From Saprospirales bacterium (lineage in GTDB: Bacteria; Bacteroidota; Bacteroidia; Chitinophagales; Saprospiraceae): a DNA stretch of 64,000 nucleotides. Each line of letters begins with the position of its first letter. The first letter of the stretch is position 1. The position numbers and the translations under genes were made by a program. Below are positions 9,664 to 19,549 of the stretch, one piece after another. The notes below the pieces were generated by a model, which ran no database searches, had not been told where the DNA came from, and saw nothing but the letters and a program-made list of their open reading frames with translations. The stretch covers positions 329 to 64,328 of the forward strand of contig REEO01000025.1 of the NCBI GenBank assembly GCA_007695035.1, in the 5' to 3' direction.

Positions 9664-12288
9664 ATGGCCCCCCTGCTATTCGAGAAGAATGTTGACACAA
9701 AGAAGGAGAAGCCGGAAGCAAAAGAAAAGACCACCGGCGACACAACACAAACTGCACAGAACCGTAAAAAATACACCTATGAGGAGGCGCTGAAAAAATC
9801 TACAGCATACTTTAATGGTGATGATCTGGCAGCAAGGGTTTGGATTAATAAATACGCGCTTAAAGATTCACATGGGAATATCTACGAAGCCAATCCGGAT
9901 GACATGCACCGCAGACTGGCATCGGAAATAGCCCGCATTGAAAGCAAATATTCACAACCAATTGGGGAAGAGGAACTCTACGAATTGCTGAAGGAATTCA
10001 AGTACATCGTGCCCCAGGGTGGCCCGATGACCGGAATTGGCAATGACTTTCAGGTCGCATCCCTGTCCAATTGCTTTGTAATCGGGAACAATGGACCGGC
10101 TGATTCCTACGGCGGTATTATGAAAACCGATGAGGAGCAGGTACAGTTGATGAAGCGCCGCGGTGGTGTGGGACACGACCTCTCTCATATCCGGCCCAAA
10201 GGAAGTCCGGTGCAAAATTCTGCCCTCACATCCACTGGAATCGTTCCCTTTATGGAGCGCTATTCAAACTCTACCCGCGAGGTAGCTCAGGATGGTCGAA
10301 GAGGTGCACTGATGCTGACTGTATCCGTAAAACACCCCGATGCTGAGCACTTTGTCGATGCCAAGATAGACGGCACCAAAGTGACCGGAGCCAATGTCTC
10401 AGTAAAAATTGACGACGAGTTCATGCGATCAGTGGAGAGCGGTCAGGCATACTTGCAAAAATACCCCATCGACAGCCGCAAACCTGTCTATAAAAAATCC
10501 ATTGACGCCGCTTCCCTGTGGAAAAAAATCGTACACAATGCCTGGAAATCCGCTGAGCCTGGTATTATTTTCTGGGACACCGTAATTAGGGAATCCGTAC
10601 CCGATTGCTATGCAGACCTCGGCTTTGAAACGGTATCTACAAATCCATGCGGCGAGATTCCCCTGTGCCCCTACGACAGTTGCCGTCTGTTGGCGGTTAA
10701 TCTGTTCAGCTATGTCAATAACCCCTACACACCGGATGCCTCCTTCGACATGGAGTTGTTTAAAAAGCATGCCGGAATGGCACTGAGGATAATGGATGAC
10801 ATTGTAGATCTCGAACTCGAAAAGATCGACGCCATTATTGAAAAGCTGGAAAAGGACCCCGAGCCAATGGCAATCAAACGCACCGAATACGAACTGTGGA
10901 AAAAAACCAGAGAAAAGTGCATTCAGGGAAGGAGAACCGGTGTGGGAATCACCGGTGAAGGCGATATGCTCGCTGCACTGGGTCTTACTTACGGAACTGA
11001 TAAGGCTACTGAATTCTCCGTGGAAGTTCACAAAACCCTCGCGGTTGAAGCCTACAGAATGTCTGTAAATCTCGCCGGAGACAGAGGAAAATTTCCCGTG
11101 TACGACCACCGCAAAGAGGAAAACAACCCCTTTGTGCAGCGCATAAAAAATGAGGACCCGGAATTGTATAAAGAAATGTTGAAAAAGGGTCGGCGAAATA
11201 TCGCCATGCTTACCATTGCTCCAACGGGCACCACCAGCATGATGACTCAAACGACCTCCGGAATCGAACCGGCTTTCCTCATCAGTTACAAGCGCCGGAG
11301 AAAAGTCAACCCCAACGACCAAAATGTACGCGTGGATTTTGTGGACGATGTGGGTGATTCATGGGAAGAGTACCGCGTCTTCCACCACAAATTTGTCGAT
11401 TGGTTGAAGGCCAACGGCCACGATGTCGATAAGGTCAGACAGATGGAAGATGACGAAATGCGGGCTCTGATACGCAAATCTCCTTACTATAAAGCCACCG
11501 CCAACGACGTGGATTGGGTTTCCAAAGTGAAAATGCAGGGCGCTATTCAAAAGTGGGTGGACCACTCCATCAGTGTTACGGTCAACGTACCTGAGGAAAC
11601 ACCGGAAGAACTGATCGGTGATATTTATCTCACTGGTTGGAAGAGCGGATGCAAAGGAATTACGGTTTATCGCGACGGTTCCAGATCCGGGGTGCTTGTC
11701 ACAGACAAAAAGGAGAAGAAGGAAGAGACTACAACGGGAATAACCGATGCGCCCAAGCGTCCCAGAATACTCGAGGCCGATATCGTCAAGTTCATGAACA
11801 ACGAGGAAAAGTGGATTGCAGTCGTCGGTTTGCTGGATGGCAAACCCTATGAGATTTTTACTGGTAAGGCAGAGGAGTCTTTCTCCATTCTCTCTACCGT
11901 GGAAAGGGGCTGGGTCATTAAAAGCCGCACGGAAGACGGTGGCAGCCGCTACGATTTCTCTTACCTGGATCGCCAGGGTTACCGCATCACCATCGAGGGG
12001 CTATCACGGACATTTAACAAGGAGTACTGGAATTATGCCAAGTTGATTTCCGGTGTTCTGCGTCACGGAATGCCCATTGAATATGTAGTGGATGTGGTTG
12101 CCAACCTCCAGCTCAATGAAGACTTGTTGAACAACTGGAAAAACGGGGTGGCCAGAGCACTAAAGCGTTATATTGAGGACGGGACCGCTCCCGCGAAAAA
12201 CAGTTGCCCATCTTGTGGCGAGCACACCCTGGTCTATCAGGAGGGCTGCCTGGTATGCAGCAGTTGTGGACACTCTAAGTGCGAGTGA
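9664..12288 (+). CDS. nrdJ: adenosylcobalamin-dependent (class II) ribonucleotide reductase
   Basis: 874 aa. RNR catalytic-core motifs are present (SNPCGEIPL, APTGTTS), along with a C-terminal CPSCG...CLVCSSCGHSKC zinc-ribbon tail typical of NrdJ. Confidence 0.88.
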   Translation: MAPLLFEKNVDTKKEKPEAKEKTTGDTTQTAQNRKKYTYEEALKKSTAYFNGDDLAARVWINKYALKDSHGNIYEANPDDMHRRLASEIARIESKYSQPIGEEELYELLKEFKYIVPQGGPMTGIGNDFQVASLSNCFVIGNNGPADSYGGIMKTDEEQVQLMKRRGGVGHDLSHIRPKGSPVQNSALTSTGIVPFMERYSNSTREVAQDGRRGALMLTVSVKHPDAEHFVDAKIDGTKVTGANVSVKIDDEFMRSVESGQAYLQKYPIDSRKPVYKKSIDAASLWKKIVHNAWKSAEPGIIFWDTVIRESVPDCYADLGFETVSTNPCGEIPLCPYDSCRLLAVNLFSYVNNPYTPDASFDMELFKKHAGMALRIMDDIVDLELEKIDAIIEKLEKDPEPMAIKRTEYELWKKTREKCIQGRRTGVGITGEGDMLAALGLTYGTDKATEFSVEVHKTLAVEAYRMSVNLAGDRGKFPVYDHRKEENNPFVQRIKNEDPELYKEMLKKGRRNIAMLTIAPTGTTSMMTQTTSGIEPAFLISYKRRRKVNPNDQNVRVDFVDDVGDSWEEYRVFHHKFVDWLKANGHDVDKVRQMEDDEMRALIRKSPYYKATANDVDWVSKVKMQGAIQKWVDHSISVTVNVPEETPEELIGDIYLTGWKSGCKGITVYRDGSRSGVLVTDKKEKKEETTTGITDAPKRPRILEADIVKFMNNEEKWIAVVGLLDGKPYEIFTGKAEESFSILSTVERGWVIKSRTEDGGSRYDFSYLDRQGYRITIEGLSRTFNKEYWNYAKLISGVLRHGMPIEYVVDVVANLQLNEDLLNNWKNGVARALKRYIEDGTAPAKNSCPSCGEHTLVYQEGCLVCSSCGHSKCE

Positions 12289-12407
12289 TCTAATTACCAA
12301 AAGTTCTATTATTCAATCAATCATCAGCGCATTCACAGCCTTCGGGAGTGAATGCGCTTTTTGTTTTAACTGGCTTAAACCTACTTTACTTACCAACCCC
12401 TATCCTT

Positions 12408-12761
12408 ATGATTATCAAAGGAAACGAACAGACCGAAAATTACTTAGGCGAAAATTGCTACATCACCGAGTTGCTGAACAGCCCTGATTTATCCGAACTT
12501 TCCGTCGCTGTGGCGAGGGTCCTACCGGGAGAGGAAACCGAACTTCACGCCCTGGAGGGTCATGAGGTTTACTATGTTTTGCAGGGGAAAGGCGAGGTTT
12601 TTATCGATGGGGCAAACAGAGGGACCCTGGAAAAGGGCGACCTGGCCCTCATTAAAAAGGACCTCAGCCAAAAAATCACCAACACCGGGACCGGAGACTT
12701 GATTTTCCTCTGCATTTGCAGCCCCAGGTTCAGAACGGAGGGCTATCGCGCTTTGGAATAG
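12408..12761 (+). CDS. cupin domain protein
   Basis: Cupin motifs are present (ELHALEGHEVYYVLQGKGEVFIDG...GDLALI). I placed the start at ATG 12408 (MIIKGNE). Confidence 0.7.
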   Translation: MIIKGNEQTENYLGENCYITELLNSPDLSELSVAVARVLPGEETELHALEGHEVYYVLQGKGEVFIDGANRGTLEKGDLALIKKDLSQKITNTGTGDLIFLCICSPRFRTEGYRALE

Positions 12762-13604
12762 TTTCTTGTCCGATGTAGCGTACAAAAATGGTCCACCACA
12801 AAGGCGCGCATTGAGCATACCGAAATGAACGGCGGACACAGAGAGGGAATCTCCAAAGATTTCAGAGACAAAAGAGAAAATCCGTGCAATTCGCGCAATC
12901 AATTTAATCCGTGATTCAGGCAATTGGAGCATCATCTGAATTACAAATTGGGGCTTCGAGCAAGAAGTCCGGATATTGGCAAAAGTAGTGACTTTTGGGA
13001 AGTTCGGTGTTTAAGATTTTAGGTTCTCGCTAAGGCTGCAAAGGTGTGGGCCTGGCGTTGTGAGCGGCCATTAATTGATTTAGTGCTTGGAGATCGTTCC
13101 CCCGGTTGGATAATTTCCCTTGCGCGCTGAAACTCAATTCAATAATTGCGTTGAGGGCGGGCACTGAAACGACCCGCAGAATATCAGATGTCCTACTTAA
13201 TTATTATTCCACCTTAAAAGACCCTAAAGGCGTCAGCCACCAATAGGATGTGCCTGCCCCCACTAAAGGATTGGATGCAGGCAATCCTTAGATTATTCTG
13301 TTCCCGAGAACAGCACCCTGAAGGGGTCCGACAATATTCCAGTACTTTAATAGCAGCGCCAATCGCTTAAGCCGCGGAAGAACAGCCCCCAAAAGAAGCC
13401 TCTACAAATTTTTTCAAGAAAAAACATTCCTATAATAACAATATGTAAAAAACACAAATACAAATAAATATGTAAAATTTTCGTCATCCCCAATGTTAAG
13501 TCTTTAGAATAAACCGGGCAGGAGGAACCAATTTCCCGAAAAATGGTGTTATCTTAGCGTAAATTCAATATTAAATTAATGTTAAGTAAGTAAAGCGAGG
13601 AGTT

Positions 13605-14096
13605 ATGGCAAAGCACAAGTTCAAAGAGGAGAAACGGTTTCGGCACCGGGCATTTTATGTATTACTCGGCCTGATAATTCTCGGGGCGACCTATAGATTG
13701 GTGGAGGAATTTGTGCTGGCCCCTGTCGTGAGTTGGGGTATGGTTGCCGTTTTCACCGGCATGATACTGGTGTCTGTCCTGGTGATTTATTTGTTGAGTT
13801 CTGTTCGCTTTGTGACGGTGGTGTCCAAAAAAGGCATCAAGTACCAGTTGTACCCTTTACACTTTAAAAGGCAGAAGGTTAAGTGGGATGATATTGAAGA
13901 GTACAAGGTAGTAGAAATGCCCCGCAAGGCCACATGGAGTGGTTGGAATCTTTACTACAGTTCTGATTTGCACAACTACGGCTTTGGAGAGAGCAAGGGT
14001 TTGTTTGTCAAACTGAAAAACGGCGACAACCTCTATCTCGGCATTGAGCACGAGGCTGAGCTCAAGAAAAACATAAAGAAACTGGCTCGCAATTGA
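13605..14096 (+). CDS. hypothetical membrane protein (2 TM plus a small soluble domain)
   Basis: 163 aa. Two hydrophobic helices sit near the N-terminus. AGGAG lies just upstream of the ATG. Confidence 0.55.
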   Translation: MAKHKFKEEKRFRHRAFYVLLGLIILGATYRLVEEFVLAPVVSWGMVAVFTGMILVSVLVIYLLSSVRFVTVVSKKGIKYQLYPLHFKRQKVKWDDIEEYKVVEMPRKATWSGWNLYYSSDLHNYGFGESKGLFVKLKNGDNLYLGIEHEAELKKNIKKLARN

Positions 14097-14160
14097 GATT
14101 GGAATAAATGGTGACCCCCGAACCAATACTAATTGCTTAAAATCTTAAGGTAAACAAAGG

Positions 14161-14189
14161 CCCCTCGGATCGATTTCGAGGGGTTTTTT
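14161..14189. terminator. hairpin terminator between convergent genes
   Basis: CCCCTCG-loop-CGAGGGG followed by TTTTTT. It lies between the 13605 CDS (+) and the tRNA pair (-). Confidence 0.6.
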
Positions 14190-14215
14190 AATTGGGAAAA
14201 GTGAGGAAAAAAAAG

Positions 14216-14300
14216 TGCCCGGAGCGGGACTTGAACCCGCACGGCCGAGATGGCCACAGGATTTTAAGTCCTGCGTGTCTACCAATTCCACCACCCGGGC
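14216..14300 (-). tRNA. tRNA-Leu (anticodon TAA)
   Basis: The minus strand reads GCCCGGGTGGTGGAATTGGTAGACAC...CU-TAA-AA..., with a long variable arm and a GGTTCAAGTCC T-arm. Length is 85 nt. Confidence 0.9.
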
Positions 14301-14358
14301 ATTTCTTTTGAAGACTTGTGACTAAAAAATTAGGAAGTGAAAGTCTGGAAAAAAACAG

Positions 14359-14431
<73 letters not shown>

Positions 14432-14635
14432 TTTCATTAAGCGACTGCAAATATACGACCCTTTTCCCAAACTTCGGAAAGTTTTTTGAAAAAATATTCC
14501 TTTTCCAGCGGACCATTGCGTTCATGCGCGGATTTCCGGCTTTTGATAAACTTCACACCGGCTTTGGTCGTTACCATTCCCAAATTATTGAGACATCAAT
14601 TGCGTGGACCGTACACGGGGGTCCCAAACAATTGG

Positions 14636-14643
14636 TAATTTTG
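14636..14643 (+). promoter_or_regulatory. candidate -7 box (TAATTTTG) upstream of mnmA
   Basis: Exact TAnnTTTG match 26 nt upstream of ATG 14669. This favours that start over the GTG at 14645. Confidence 0.45.
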
Positions 14644-14668
14644 CGTGATTTTTGAAAAAAGCATCCCG

Positions 14669-15763
14669 ATGAGTAAGAAAGGAAAAATTTTGGTAGCCAT
14701 GAGCGGTGGTATTGACAGCACTATGACAGCCCTGCTTTTACACGAGCAGGGGTACGAGGTTATTGGCATTACCATGAAGACCTGGGACTATGCCACTTCG
14801 GGCGGTGATTCCAGAGAGACGGGCTGTTGCAGTCTCGACTCGATAAACGATGCCCGCCAGGTCGCCGTTGACCACGGTTTCCACCATTTTATAATAGATA
14901 TCCGCGACGAGTTTGGGGATTTTGTCATCGATAATTTCATTGAGGAATACATCGCCGGCAGAACACCCAATCCCTGTGTTTTGTGCAACACCCATATCAA
15001 ATGGGAGGCTATGTTGAAAAGAGCGGATTCCCTGGATTGTGAATTCATTGCCACCGGTCACTATGCTAAAAAGGTGTTTGAAAACGGCCGCCACTTCGTG
15101 CGCAGGGCCAAAGACCTGACCAAAGATCAGAGTTATGTCCTTTGGGGCCTCAGTCAGGAGTGTCTCAATAGGTCGGTATTTCCCCTCGGTGATATGTTGA
15201 AATCTGAAGTGCGGGAACTCGCCATGGACCGGGGCTATAAAGAACTCGCCGGAAAACCCGAGAGCTACGAAATTTGCTTTGTCCCCGACAATGACTACCG
15301 CGGTTTTCTCAAGCGGCAAGTGCCCGGTCTGGAAGAAGAAGTTGATGGAGGGTACTTCATCGATCAGGAAGGCAAACTGCTCGGGCGCCACAAAGGCTAT
15401 CCATTTTTTACAGTGGGGCAGCGAAGAGGTCTTGGAATTGCTTTCGGAGAGCCCATGTACGTCACGGAGATAAAGCCGGAATCCAATACCGTAGTTCTCG
15501 GCAAACAGGAAGATATGATCCGCAATGGCATGCGCGTCGGTGATTACAACTTCCTCAAGTACGAATCCATTGACAAACCTCTCGAAGTGGTCACCAAGGT
15601 GCGCTACCGTGACCGCGGAACGCTCAGTACCATGAGCATGGAAGGCGATGAGGTGATGGTGGAATTCATGGCCAATGTCCGGGGAATTGCTCCCGGCCAG
15701 TCGGCTGTAATGTACGAGGGCGATGACGTCATCGGAGGGGGAATAATTAAAGCCAGTTTTTGA
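14669..15763 (+). CDS. mnmA: tRNA 2-thiouridine(34) synthase
   Basis: It has the PP-loop ILVAMSGGIDSTMTA and a conserved MnmA core (CNTHIKW, ATGHYA, KDQSYVL). Confidence 0.93.
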   Translation: MSKKGKILVAMSGGIDSTMTALLLHEQGYEVIGITMKTWDYATSGGDSRETGCCSLDSINDARQVAVDHGFHHFIIDIRDEFGDFVIDNFIEEYIAGRTPNPCVLCNTHIKWEAMLKRADSLDCEFIATGHYAKKVFENGRHFVRRAKDLTKDQSYVLWGLSQECLNRSVFPLGDMLKSEVRELAMDRGYKELAGKPESYEICFVPDNDYRGFLKRQVPGLEEEVDGGYFIDQEGKLLGRHKGYPFFTVGQRRGLGIAFGEPMYVTEIKPESNTVVLGKQEDMIRNGMRVGDYNFLKYESIDKPLEVVTKVRYRDRGTLSTMSMEGDEVMVEFMANVRGIAPGQSAVMYEGDDVIGGGIIKASF

Positions 15764-15808
15764 GCCGGAATTTCATCCGGCTTTGCAGTGTAATCAAAAC
15801 AACCATCC

Positions 15809-16354
15809 ATGGCCAGGTTAAAAAGAGAGATGGAAGAACTCATCCCGGCGGGTCGGGTATTAAAACCCTACGGAAAAGATGGCTCTATTAAGTTGGCCGG
15901 TGAAAACGAGGCGTTTGAAAAAATCCTGATCGAGGTCGAATTCATTTTCATCACAGACTTTGGAAGCAAGGTGCCCTTCCGAATAGAGGAGGTGCGTCCC
16001 GGTCCACCCCCGATCGTCAAGTTGGAGGGTTTGGATGCGCCTGAAACAGCCCGGCGACTGAATGGGGCCGCATTTTTTTTGCTGCAGTCTGATGCTCAAA
16101 AGGCCAACCACTACAAAAAATCCGACCCCCTCAAATACATTGTGGGCTTTGAGGTCATCGACCAAAGCAGTGAGGAGCTTGTCGGCAAGGTGATCAATAC
16201 CGTGGAAATGGCCGGACAGTTGCTGGCTGAGGTTGAAGACCACAAGCTGGATAAAATCCACCTGATTCCCATCCACGAGGATATGATTATATCCATGGAC
16301 CCCGAGGCCAAAACCATCCTCATGGAACTCCCTGAAGGGCTTACAGAACTTTGA
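15809..16354 (+). CDS. rimM: 16S rRNA processing protein RimM
   Basis: 181 aa. It has a RimM-like N-terminus (GRVLKPYGKDGSIKL) followed by a PRC-barrel-sized C-terminus. Confidence 0.75.
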   Translation: MARLKREMEELIPAGRVLKPYGKDGSIKLAGENEAFEKILIEVEFIFITDFGSKVPFRIEEVRPGPPPIVKLEGLDAPETARRLNGAAFFLLQSDAQKANHYKKSDPLKYIVGFEVIDQSSEELVGKVINTVEMAGQLLAEVEDHKLDKIHLIPIHEDMIISMDPEAKTILMELPEGLTEL

Positions 16355-16418
16355 TTAGTAAACTCCTGAGCCCTTTTATTTTTGTGGTGAACCCTCAGAC
16401 TCTTCTTTTGAATCTGTT

Positions 16419-16634
16419 TTGTTTAATAAAGAATCAGATGACGAAGAAGATGCCAGCCGGATAGGCGATTTGAATGTGCAGGTGATTGACCTGAGCGGCA
16501 ATGTGGTGAATGAAAGTGAGTTTGGACCCGACCTCATTAGGGGATTGAATGTTGAAATGTTGCCGGCCGGTATGTACCTTGTGCGACTGACCGTAGAGAA
16601 TCTCTCACAGACTGTGAACATGGCGAAAAAGTAG
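16419..16634 (+). pseudogene. remnant of a T9SS (Por) C-terminal sorting domain, with the body of the gene missing
   Basis: By my hand count, 47 of 61 residues are identical to the C-terminus of the next gene (DASRIGDLNVQVIDLSGNVV...LPAGMYLVRLT). There is no signal peptide or passenger domain upstream. Confidence 0.7.
16449..16634 (+). repeat. direct repeat copy 1 (186 nt; partner at 17676-17861)
   Basis: The two copies align along their full length without gaps when read by eye. Confidence 0.75.
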
Positions 16635-16778
16635 TGGAACTCAAAAGTCCTGGATTCCCTTCTGCAGATTGTATTTTCCCCTCATTTTTGGTGGGGTAGA
16701 AATTCAGCTTTAATGATAAAAGGAGTCTAATTTATTGAGATCAACGGGTAGTTTTTTACCTTAGCACCAAAAGGACCT

Positions 16779-17861
16779 ATGAAATCAATTTTACTTTTGG
16801 TAGCAAGTATGGTTTTGAGCATTACACTTTGGGCTCAACTTGAATTGAACTACGAAATTGAGTTCACCCATTTTCAGCAGGATTACATTCCACTGGAGGA
16901 GTACACCAACTTAACGGAGGGCGTGGATGCCTGGGATTATTCTGACTTTTGGGATTTTACCATTCCGATATATAATCCGGTAGTATTTCCGGGCTTTGAA
17001 GACCGTCCGTTTGACACGCTTTACACCAATGCCTTTGCGGGAATGGAGTTCGGTTATAACCAACTGCCGGATGATCCCTATACAGTGGGAATCATTGGAG
17101 CTGCTTTAGAAGGGTATTTAATATCTCCTCTGGCAGATGACAATAACGCAGATCAGGGGCATATTTTATACCTGGAATCTGAGGAGGGCCTATTCTTCGA
17201 ATTTCAAAATGTGGGTTTTGAAGAAGAAATGTATTTGGGATCCGGCCTTCAATCCAGATTGAACTTCCAGGTGGCGTATTACTTTGACGATAATTGTATT
17301 GAATTCCATTACGGGCATTCTGAAATTGGTTCAGAACTAGAGCAATACCTTGATGATGTCGGTGTGGAAATTAATGCTATACTGGGCTGGTTTTATGAGG
17401 AGGAAATTGATGGTGAATGGGATCGCAATCACCTGTTGCTAGGAGGGTGGTTAAATGGAGACCCCGCAGAACCAGAGTTCAACAGCGATTTCTTTGATTA
17501 CAATTCACACACCGAGGATCTCGGTTTTGTAACCGGAGTCCCGGAGGAAGGCACCGTATATCGCTTTTGTTTTGACCAGACGACCTCCACTGAAGAGGTT
17601 GTTGAGCTCTCGGCTGACTTGACCCTGTATCCCAATCCCGCGACAAATAGGGTTTATTTTTCATTGCCGGAAGAGGATGCCAGCCAATTGGGCGATTTGA
17701 ATCTTCAGGTGGTTGACCTAAGCGGCAATGTGGTGATTGAAAGTGAGTTTGGACCTGATCTCCACGGTGGATTGAATGTGGAAATGCTGCCGGCCGGCAT
17801 GTATTTTGTGCGACTTACCGGAGAGCATCTCTCGCAGACTGTGAAGGTGGTAATAAAATAA
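16779..17861 (+). CDS. secreted hypothetical protein with T9SS C-terminal sorting domain
   Basis: It has a signal peptide and an acidic passenger domain. The C-terminus LYPNPATNRVYF...LPAGMYFVRLTGEHLSQTVKVVIK is a typical Por_Secre_tail. Confidence 0.75.
   Translation: MKSILLLVASMVLSITLWAQLELNYEIEFTHFQQDYIPLEEYTNLTEGVDAWDYSDFWDFTIPIYNPVVFPGFEDRPFDTLYTNAFAGMEFGYNQLPDDPYTVGIIGAALEGYLISPLADDNNADQGHILYLESEEGLFFEFQNVGFEEEMYLGSGLQSRLNFQVAYYFDDNCIEFHYGHSEIGSELEQYLDDVGVEINAILGWFYEEEIDGEWDRNHLLLGGWLNGDPAEPEFNSDFFDYNSHTEDLGFVTGVPEEGTVYRFCFDQTTSTEEVVELSADLTLYPNPATNRVYFSLPEEDASQLGDLNLQVVDLSGNVVIESEFGPDLHGGLNVEMLPAGMYFVRLTGEHLSQTVKVVIK
17676..17861 (+). repeat. direct repeat copy 2 (partner at 16449-16634)
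   Basis: See copy 1. Confidence 0.75.
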
Positions 17862-17979
17862 TCGGTTGTCACTCAGTCGGTCTCTTTGCTAATGGCATTT
17901 TTCGGGAAATGTGGTATGTGGGAACAAACCACTTTCGGTAAATTACTCCTTATTATCTACAGTAATTTCCCTCAGGATT

Positions 17980-19314
17980 TCAGAGTAAAATACCTGCTAT
18001 GGTGGCGGTCATCAGATTGGCCAGTGATCCAGCCAGTACTGCGTAGAGACCGAATTGAGCTAGTTCGGATTTTCTGTTTGGCGCCAATCCCCCTATTCCC
18101 CCGATTTGAATGGCGATGGAGGCAAAATTGGCAAATCCGCAAAGTGCGAAGGTTGCCATGGTGATTGTTTTGGCACTGATGGTCCCTTCCGAAACCATTT
18201 CGGCCAATTGCATGTAGGCGACAAATTCATTGAGGACCACTTTGGTGCCCAATAGCGAACCCATATTTACTGCATCCTCCCAGGGCACGCCGACTCCAAA
18301 AGCCAGCGGAGCGAGAATCCAGCCGAGCACAGTTTCGATGGTGAGTTCTACACCCTCTGGCAGCATCTGGTTGATGGTGGTGATCTCCCCGAAGTGGTAG
18401 AGGAAGTGGTTACCCATTGCAAGCAGCGCGATAAAGGCGAGCAGCATGGCCCCGACATTTAGGGCCAGTTTGAGTCCCACTCCTGCACCTGAAGCCGCGG
18501 CATCAATACCATTCGCATCGGTTTTTTCTATGGTCATTTTCACCTCCCCACGGGTGACCGGCTCACCGATTTCCGGCCGCAGGATTTTGGCAATAACGAG
18601 TGCGGCAGGTGCAGCCATGATGGAAGCGCCCAGCAACTGTTCGGCAAACATCAATCTTCCAACATCCAGCGGCACATCATTGGCCAGCGCATAGGAGTTG
18701 CCCAGCATCTGCACATAGGCCGCCATCACACCTCCCGCGATGGTTGCCATACCGCCTGTCATGACCGCCAGCAGCTCCGATTTGGTCATTTTTTCGATAT
18801 AGGGTTTTATGACCAGGGGAGACTCGGTCTGACCTACAAAAATATTGGCCACAACGGAGAGGGATTCCGCCCCTGATATACCCATCAATTTTTGCATACC
18901 TTTTGACATGACGTTCACGACGCGCTGCAATATCCCGTAGTGGTACATTATGGAAGTAAGCGAGGCAAAAAATACAATGGTTGGAAGTACCTGGAATGCA
19001 AAAAAGTGACCCATGCTATCCTCCATGCCCGGACTTCTGGCCAGGTCACCAAAAATGAATTCCGCCCCGGCGGTGGTGAAGTCCAGTACAATCACAAAAA
19101 ATGAGGATATCCAACTGAACATAATCTTTGGCCATCCCAACGGTGACCACCATTCCTCCATGACCGACCCCTTCAGTATGAAAATCGCCAGTACAAATTG
19201 GATGGCAAGCCCTATGCCCACCAGTTTCCAGTCTATCTTTTTTCGGTTGTTGCTGAAAAGGACAGCCACTCCGATTATGAGCACCATCCCGATTACACCG
19301 CGTAAAATGTCCAT
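17980..19314 (-). CDS. NupC/CNT-family Na+/H+ nucleoside transporter
   Basis: Multi-TM protein with CNT family motifs (VGQTESPL, FANFASIAIQIGG). I placed the start at ATG 19314 (MDILRGVIG). Confidence 0.85.
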   Translation of the reverse strand: MDILRGVIGMVLIIGVAVLFSNNRKKIDWKLVGIGLAIQFVLAIFILKGSVMEEWWSPLGWPKIMFSWISSFFVIVLDFTTAGAEFIFGDLARSPGMEDSMGHFFAFQVLPTIVFFASLTSIMYHYGILQRVVNVMSKGMQKLMGISGAESLSVVANIFVGQTESPLVIKPYIEKMTKSELLAVMTGGMATIAGGVMAAYVQMLGNSYALANDVPLDVGRLMFAEQLLGASIMAAPAALVIAKILRPEIGEPVTRGEVKMTIEKTDANGIDAAASGAGVGLKLALNVGAMLLAFIALLAMGNHFLYHFGEITTINQMLPEGVELTIETVLGWILAPLAFGVGVPWEDAVNMGSLLGTKVVLNEFVAYMQLAEMVSEGTISAKTITMATFALCGFANFASIAIQIGGIGGLAPNRKSELAQFGLYAVLAGSLANLMTATIAGILL

Positions 19315-19549
19315 ATATTTTGCATTATTTCCCCTTCGACAGACCCTTTTCCGGCCCAATCACCTTTGGGGGAATTCAAATATCCGGCAAGATAGAAAAA
19401 TGTCGCGAAACATCGGATGCCAGCACCTCAATCAATACCGAATCCTGAAATTTTTAAGCCGCCAGTTAAGGATTTTTAAAGTTCCCGTGAAAAAATTTCA
19501 ATAGCTGGTCATGCCATTGTATTTTCGCAACCGGGTTTATCATCGAATT

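Noticed and set aside
12940-13400. Possible RNase P RNA, tmRNA, SRP RNA or cobalamin riboswitch in the ORF-free spacer. Partial resemblances are AGAAGUCCGGA versus the P4 GGAAAGUCCGG, a 5' GGGGCUUCGA, and AAGCCGCGGAAGAACAGCC versus the B12-box or SRP motif.
   Set aside because: The matching partner elements are absent: no ACAGAACCCGGCUUA-type P4 3' strand, no GGUUCGAnUCC T-loop or CCA end, and no GCCACUG core. I could not build a consistent secondary structure by eye. The region is kept only as an unassigned candidate.
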